From positions 40,574,481 to 40,638,480 of the forward strand of contig NC_068991.1 of assembly GCF_001194135.2 (NCBI RefSeq): a stretch of 64,000 nt of DNA. The letters are read 5' to 3'. The DNA comes from Octopus bimaculoides. Taxonomy: Eukaryota. The notes under the pieces were generated by a model, which saw only the letters and a program-made list of their open reading frames with translations, was not told the DNA's origin and made no database searches. Below, one piece after another: positions 59,134-64,000 of this stretch; the stretch's first letter is position 1, and each line of letters begins with the position of its first letter. The position numbers and the translations under genes are program-made.

Positions 59134-62100
59134 GGTTCTTGGTAATTGAACTCCTGGTAATTTCACTCCCGATATTTTGGCTCCAGTAATTTGACCTCTA
59201 GTAATTTGACTGCCAGTCAATTTCACTCCTAATATTAGAAAAAAAAATGAATAAAACATTGCAATTCATTATTATTGTTATTATTATTGTTGGTGTTGAT
59301 GATGATGATTTACGGCATGGGTTCCCAACCTGGTCCATGTGGACCACTAGGTAGTCCACAGGAAAATTCAGATGGTCTGTGGAAAATTTTCTGTGGTCCA
59401 CCTGAAGAATTAAAATTTTTCCGTGCACGCACATGTTGCGTAAACAAAATATGCCTCATTGCATATGCGTAAGCATATGCAAGTGCACTCATTGCCTATT
59501 GGATGATTAGCTGTCTAATCATACATGGATGCGTACCAGACAGGTACAGACACGTACAATCAGATCCACATTTGCACACATTAAAAACACACAAAAAGTT
59601 GTGTTCTCAGACGGTCAATGTGATCGTGTTTTCTACCGGACTTTTGAATTGAGGATTACTAATGAAACTACAGTGCTTACAGCTCACCTAACATATCATA
59701 TTACCTCTCCAGGTACAAACATTTTTATGCAAGTGTTAGTCTAATTGTAATCTGTAGAAATTTTGCTGTCAGTGATATGGAAAAATGTTCCCTTAATTCT
59801 CTGTCCACCGACTCAGAAAAAAGTTTCTGTAGACAATATCACAAAGATTATATCAAATATGGTTTTGTATCCAGTGTAGATCTTTTTTACCACAGTGTAT
59901 TATCTGCTCAAAAATATTAACTAATAACTCAATGAAACCCTCAAAATTATATCATCTACAAAAATATCCATCCTGGTTTATTTGGCAAGCCAAAGGAGTA
60001 CTTTGAAGAATACCATTGCAAAAAAAAAATGTCTCATTTTCATCGCTCAAAAGTTTCCTCATCTATACTAATAACCATTCTGGTCTGGCAGGTGTCCTAT
60101 AACATTTTGCTCATGATAGCAAAATGGGGTCGCCCACATACCATTGCCAAAGATCTGATTAGGCCCACCATACTTGAAGTATATAAAGTTGCTGATGTGC
60201 CAAACAGTGCCTTAGTTTTAGGAAAGTATTCTACTTTCAAACAACACTGTATCTTCCTGCATTTGTGAAATGGCTGAAGATGTCGAATCCATAGTTGTAG
60301 AAGACTTGAGACACTGCAGATTCTTGTTGACAGTGGATGACAGCACTTTTAACAACAAATGTGTTGTCCTTGCCTTTGCTTGCTATGTGAAAGGTACCAC
60401 AATTTGTGAAAACCTACTCTTTATGAAAACCATACTGAAAAGCATGGGAGAGATGATCTACAATGCAGTCATGGATTATCTTACTAAAAATGGCATTGAT
60501 CCCCTCAACCTCATATCAATATGCACTGACGGAACACCATCTATGATTGGCAAATCCCAGGGTTTTGTTGCCAGATGGATAGAATTTAATCCCGTCTTCA
60601 CAATTCATTGTGTTCTCTATCAAGAAGACCTGATAGCAAAAAGAACCAGAAATAATATACTTTCTGAAACCCTAGACTTAATTGCTTCCTCAGTAAAAAA
60701 AAATCAAAAGATCTGCTCATCAAGACAGGCATTTTCAGTTGTATTTGACAGATATATGCTGGCTATCAATGGGAAGTTGTCCCGGACGTTTTGTGTCACT
60801 TTTCGGTAAAGTCATAGAGTTTCTTCAACAGACTGATCCAACTATGACAGCATCACTTTCTCAGAAAAAACCTGTAATATTTTATTTACATGAAATCTTT
60901 CAAAAACTTAATGACCTCAATATTTCTTTACAAAAGCAAACATCAACATTGTATGAGCCAGACACTTGATAAGGGCGTTTGTGAATAAACTCATTCTTTG
61001 GAAACTTCAAATTGAAGATCATAACTTTCTGCAGTTCATAAACTTAAAAACTGTTGTGGTAGATAACGACTTGCACAAATATATAATCGGACATCTATCT
61101 TTCTTTCATGAAAACTTCAATATTTGTTTTGAAGATCTTTTGGTTTTAAATATCCTAATTTTTGTGGACTCTCTTTACACAATGTCTATGAATGATATAC
61201 TTGTTCAACCAGAATGTGTTCAGATGGAGCTATGTGAGGCGACGGTAGATGATAATCTGCGCAAATCATCTGAAAACAACTGGGTCAAGGCTTGATTGAA
61301 TCATTCTCACGAATATCCAAAGCTGTTTGTACAAGTTGAGCCTTTTATTATAAATCTCCCAATATCCTACTTGGCTGAAAAGGGATTTTCCCTTGTCCTC
61401 CCTTGTTCAGGAAGCAGCAGAAGCATTTGAACCTCAATAACAATGCTGATTTGAGAATTTGCTTGAGCTGAAAAGAGCCAAGGATTTCTCAGCTTGTGGA
61501 TAAAAAGCAAGCCCAAGGGTCTCACTGAAGGTTTCTTGACATTTTTCCTGACAACTTGTTGCTGACATTTTTAAGTTAATTCAATTTGTTATATTCCCTC
61601 AAACATTTACACAACCTTTTGTACTGATCCCAACTTCATTCCTCACATTTTTTAAAATTTACCCTTCACATTATTATATTTTAACTGTACAGCTTATTTT
61701 TTTAATAAAAGGGGGTGTTTCCCACGACTCAGTAACCTTTTCTATTCAATTCTATCAAATAAAGCTTCCTTGAGAATCATATGCATTTGCAAGTTGGCTT
61801 TGTTATTGGTGTTCTCAGTTATTTGTTCTCTGTGATGTCACAAGAACGAAAAAGGAACTTTCATTGCAAAGTGAAAATGATACTAATATTTATGAGTAGT
61901 AGTTCTTTTATAATAAATTAAAAATTTGAGGTGGTCCACAATGGAAAATGGTTGAGAACCCCTGATTTACAGGATAATTCAGTTAACTGAAAGTATCATT
62001 TAAGTCACCTATTTGGTTGTTTATTTGCAGAGTAATTTAGTTAACTGAAAGTATATTTTCAGTCATCCATTCAGGTGTTTTATTTAAATAGGTTATACAT

Positions 62101-63501
62101 GATGAAGCTTATACCATAATTAAGCACATCGGTGAACATCATCATAGTTCGTGTGCTTCAAAACCCAAAGTTTATGAAACTTTAGCGGACCTAAAGGCAC
62201 AGTAGCTGCTTCCCAGGAATCTTCTTGCTCATTAAATGTGACTGCTTATGAAAAGCTTAATGAAAATGAAATGGCTCATATACCCTCCTCTTTGTGTGTA
62301 AGTCACAATATAAGCAACTGGCATCAAGCAAAAGTATGTGCCCCTCCAATTCCTCAGTCAATTTGGCTATGAGATACCTAATGAATACAAGTTCCTTGAT
62401 AGTGGCAAACTTTTCTTGCAGTTTGATAGTGGTGAAACTGATGTAGACAGATTACTTGTGTTTGCAACTTATAAAGGGCATGACTTAGTGAATGTAAAAC
62501 ACTGGGCAGGTGATAGAACTTTTAAGTGCTTCCCAACTGTATTTCATCAGTTGTACAAGTGGGTTCATTCAGTATTCTGCGATTGTTTGCATTACTTCCA
62601 AACAAAAATCAAGAAACTTACACCTGCCTCTTTAATAAGCTAATTGAATTACATAAGGACTGAGCCCTGAAAACATTATGATGTATTTTGAAAAAGCTAT
62701 TATTAGAATTTTATCTATTTCCTAGTGCTTCTATCTCATGTTGTCTTTTTCATCTATCTCAGAACATATACAAAAAAAGTATGTGAATTTGGCTTTAAGG
62801 AAAGATACCATCATATTAATGAGCTTAGCATTAAAATCAGATGTTTTTCAGCACTGGCTTTTCTTCCTCTCAATGATTGACAGATTTGAAGAGCTTGTAG
62901 AAGACAGCAATCTTCCTCAAGAACTTGTGTCCTACTTTAAATTATCATGTGTAGGATGCATGCAAGGTAGAGGAATTAGACAACGAAGAACTTCTCCTTT
63001 GCTTCCTATTGAAAGTTGGAATGTCTGCTTTCGAACAGAATCAGATATGTCTTGCACTAATAACCATTTAGAGGTATTACAATGCCCTACAAAGTTCTTT
63101 AACTTGCGCACATCCGAATATATGGAAATTAATTACTGCATTGAAAAGGGAAGAACACTTGGCACAGCTAAGAAAGGTTGAATTTGATCAAGGTGAGATA
63201 TGTGAGACCAAAAAAAGTATAAAAAGATAAACAAATGGCTGCAGATAATTATTGAGTAACATAGTCCCGAAAATAAGATGGATTTTTTTTTATAAGCAAT
63301 AGCTCATAACCGTCATCATTATTGAAGCTTTTAATAATATTTTTATGTTTTACTGTACTTTTTATTTTATCTTTATCCAACATTTTTTTTTTTTTTCTAA
63401 TATCAGAAGTGAAATTGACTGGCAGTCAAATTACCGGGGTTCAAATTACTGGAGTCAAAATATTGGGAGTGAAATTACCAAGAGTCAAATTACTGGTTAC
63501 C
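59134..63501 (+). mobile_element. MULE with ~120-bp TIRs and 8-bp TSD AGATATTT, interrupted by a hAT
   Basis: TIR 59134-59250 mirrors 63385-63501; transposase remnants LFLQFDSG, WAGDRTFKCFPTVFHQLY, TNNHLE; AGATATTT at 59126-59133 and 63502-63509. Confidence 0.88.
59316..61964 (+). mobile_element. Buster/SPIN-type hAT transposon nested in the MULE, defective
   Basis: TIRs CATGGGTTCCCAACC / GGTTGAGAACCCCTG; 8-bp TSD ATTTACGG / ATTTACAG with central TA; motifs MKPSKL, VDDST, CTDGTPSMIG, IHCVLYQE, SYLAEKGFS. Confidence 0.9.
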
Positions 63502-63756
63502 AGATATTTATATTAATAGATCCAACTTACACAGTACAAGCAACAGACAAAATTAAAGGGGAGGAATTAAGGTGTTATAAGTCCAATAGCTATTTCTGGG
63601 GGCTTGGTGAACCATCATAATGTTGGTAGGTGTAATTCATCACAATATGCAAGCTGTAATGGAAACAATCAACATTGGATAAATTGAACCTCTGTCATCA
63701 GGCTAGAAAAGATCTTAACATATACAGATATATGTATGTATGTATGTATGTATATA

Positions 63757-64000
63757 CAGGGTGCGTAAGATATTTGAGGACAGATTTATGTTTATAAAAA
63801 AATAGATATATAATAACAAATAATAATTTTATTTATCAAAAATGCTATGAGGATAAAAATAAACCTTCTTTTCTATAATGTCATTCAACAACTGATTTTA
63901 TATGAGATCTAAATTATTTACATGCTCGAATCAAGTGATCCTCATTCATGTTGGACATTACTCTGACTATGACAACTTTCAAAGAATCTATGGTGTTATG
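63757..64000. mobile_element. Probable end of another Tc1/mariner-type element, cut by the window edge
   Basis: TA + CAGGGTG terminus after a (TATG)n tract; no coding motif read. Confidence 0.4.

Noticed and set aside
63520-63571. Possible exon 11 (IQLTQYKQQ...)
   Set aside because: The phase-0 frame required after exon 10 hits a stop before any donor.

Overview
AT-rich, CpG-depleted, microsatellite-rich animal genomic DNA with six N-gaps. The SINE/LINE/mariner repertoire looks cephalopod (Octopus-like); this is an inference, not a database result. Most of the window is intronic transposon debris: mariner/Tc1, hAT, MULE, piggyBac-type MITEs, Gypsy LTR elements, RTE, CR1, R4-like, Tx1-like and Penelope-like retroelements, and tRNA-derived SINEs. 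One host gene is hidden in it and is largely invisible in the ORF track. Ten short + strand coding exons (15914-56251) with GT-AG boundaries splice in frame into 291 codons. They encode a Hook/NuMA-type N-terminal calponin-homology-like domain followed by coiled coil, best matching NuMA (NUMA1-like). The gene continues beyond the last exon found, and a CpG-rich promoter candidate lies at about 10.5-11.2 kb. Other notable items are a minimal hammerhead ribozyme motif in a Penelope 3' end, a 1.25-kb minisatellite whose unit mimics a complete 3' splice site upstream of exon 8, an inverted mariner pair bracketing exons 7-10, and several nested insertions with readable target-site duplications (TSDs).
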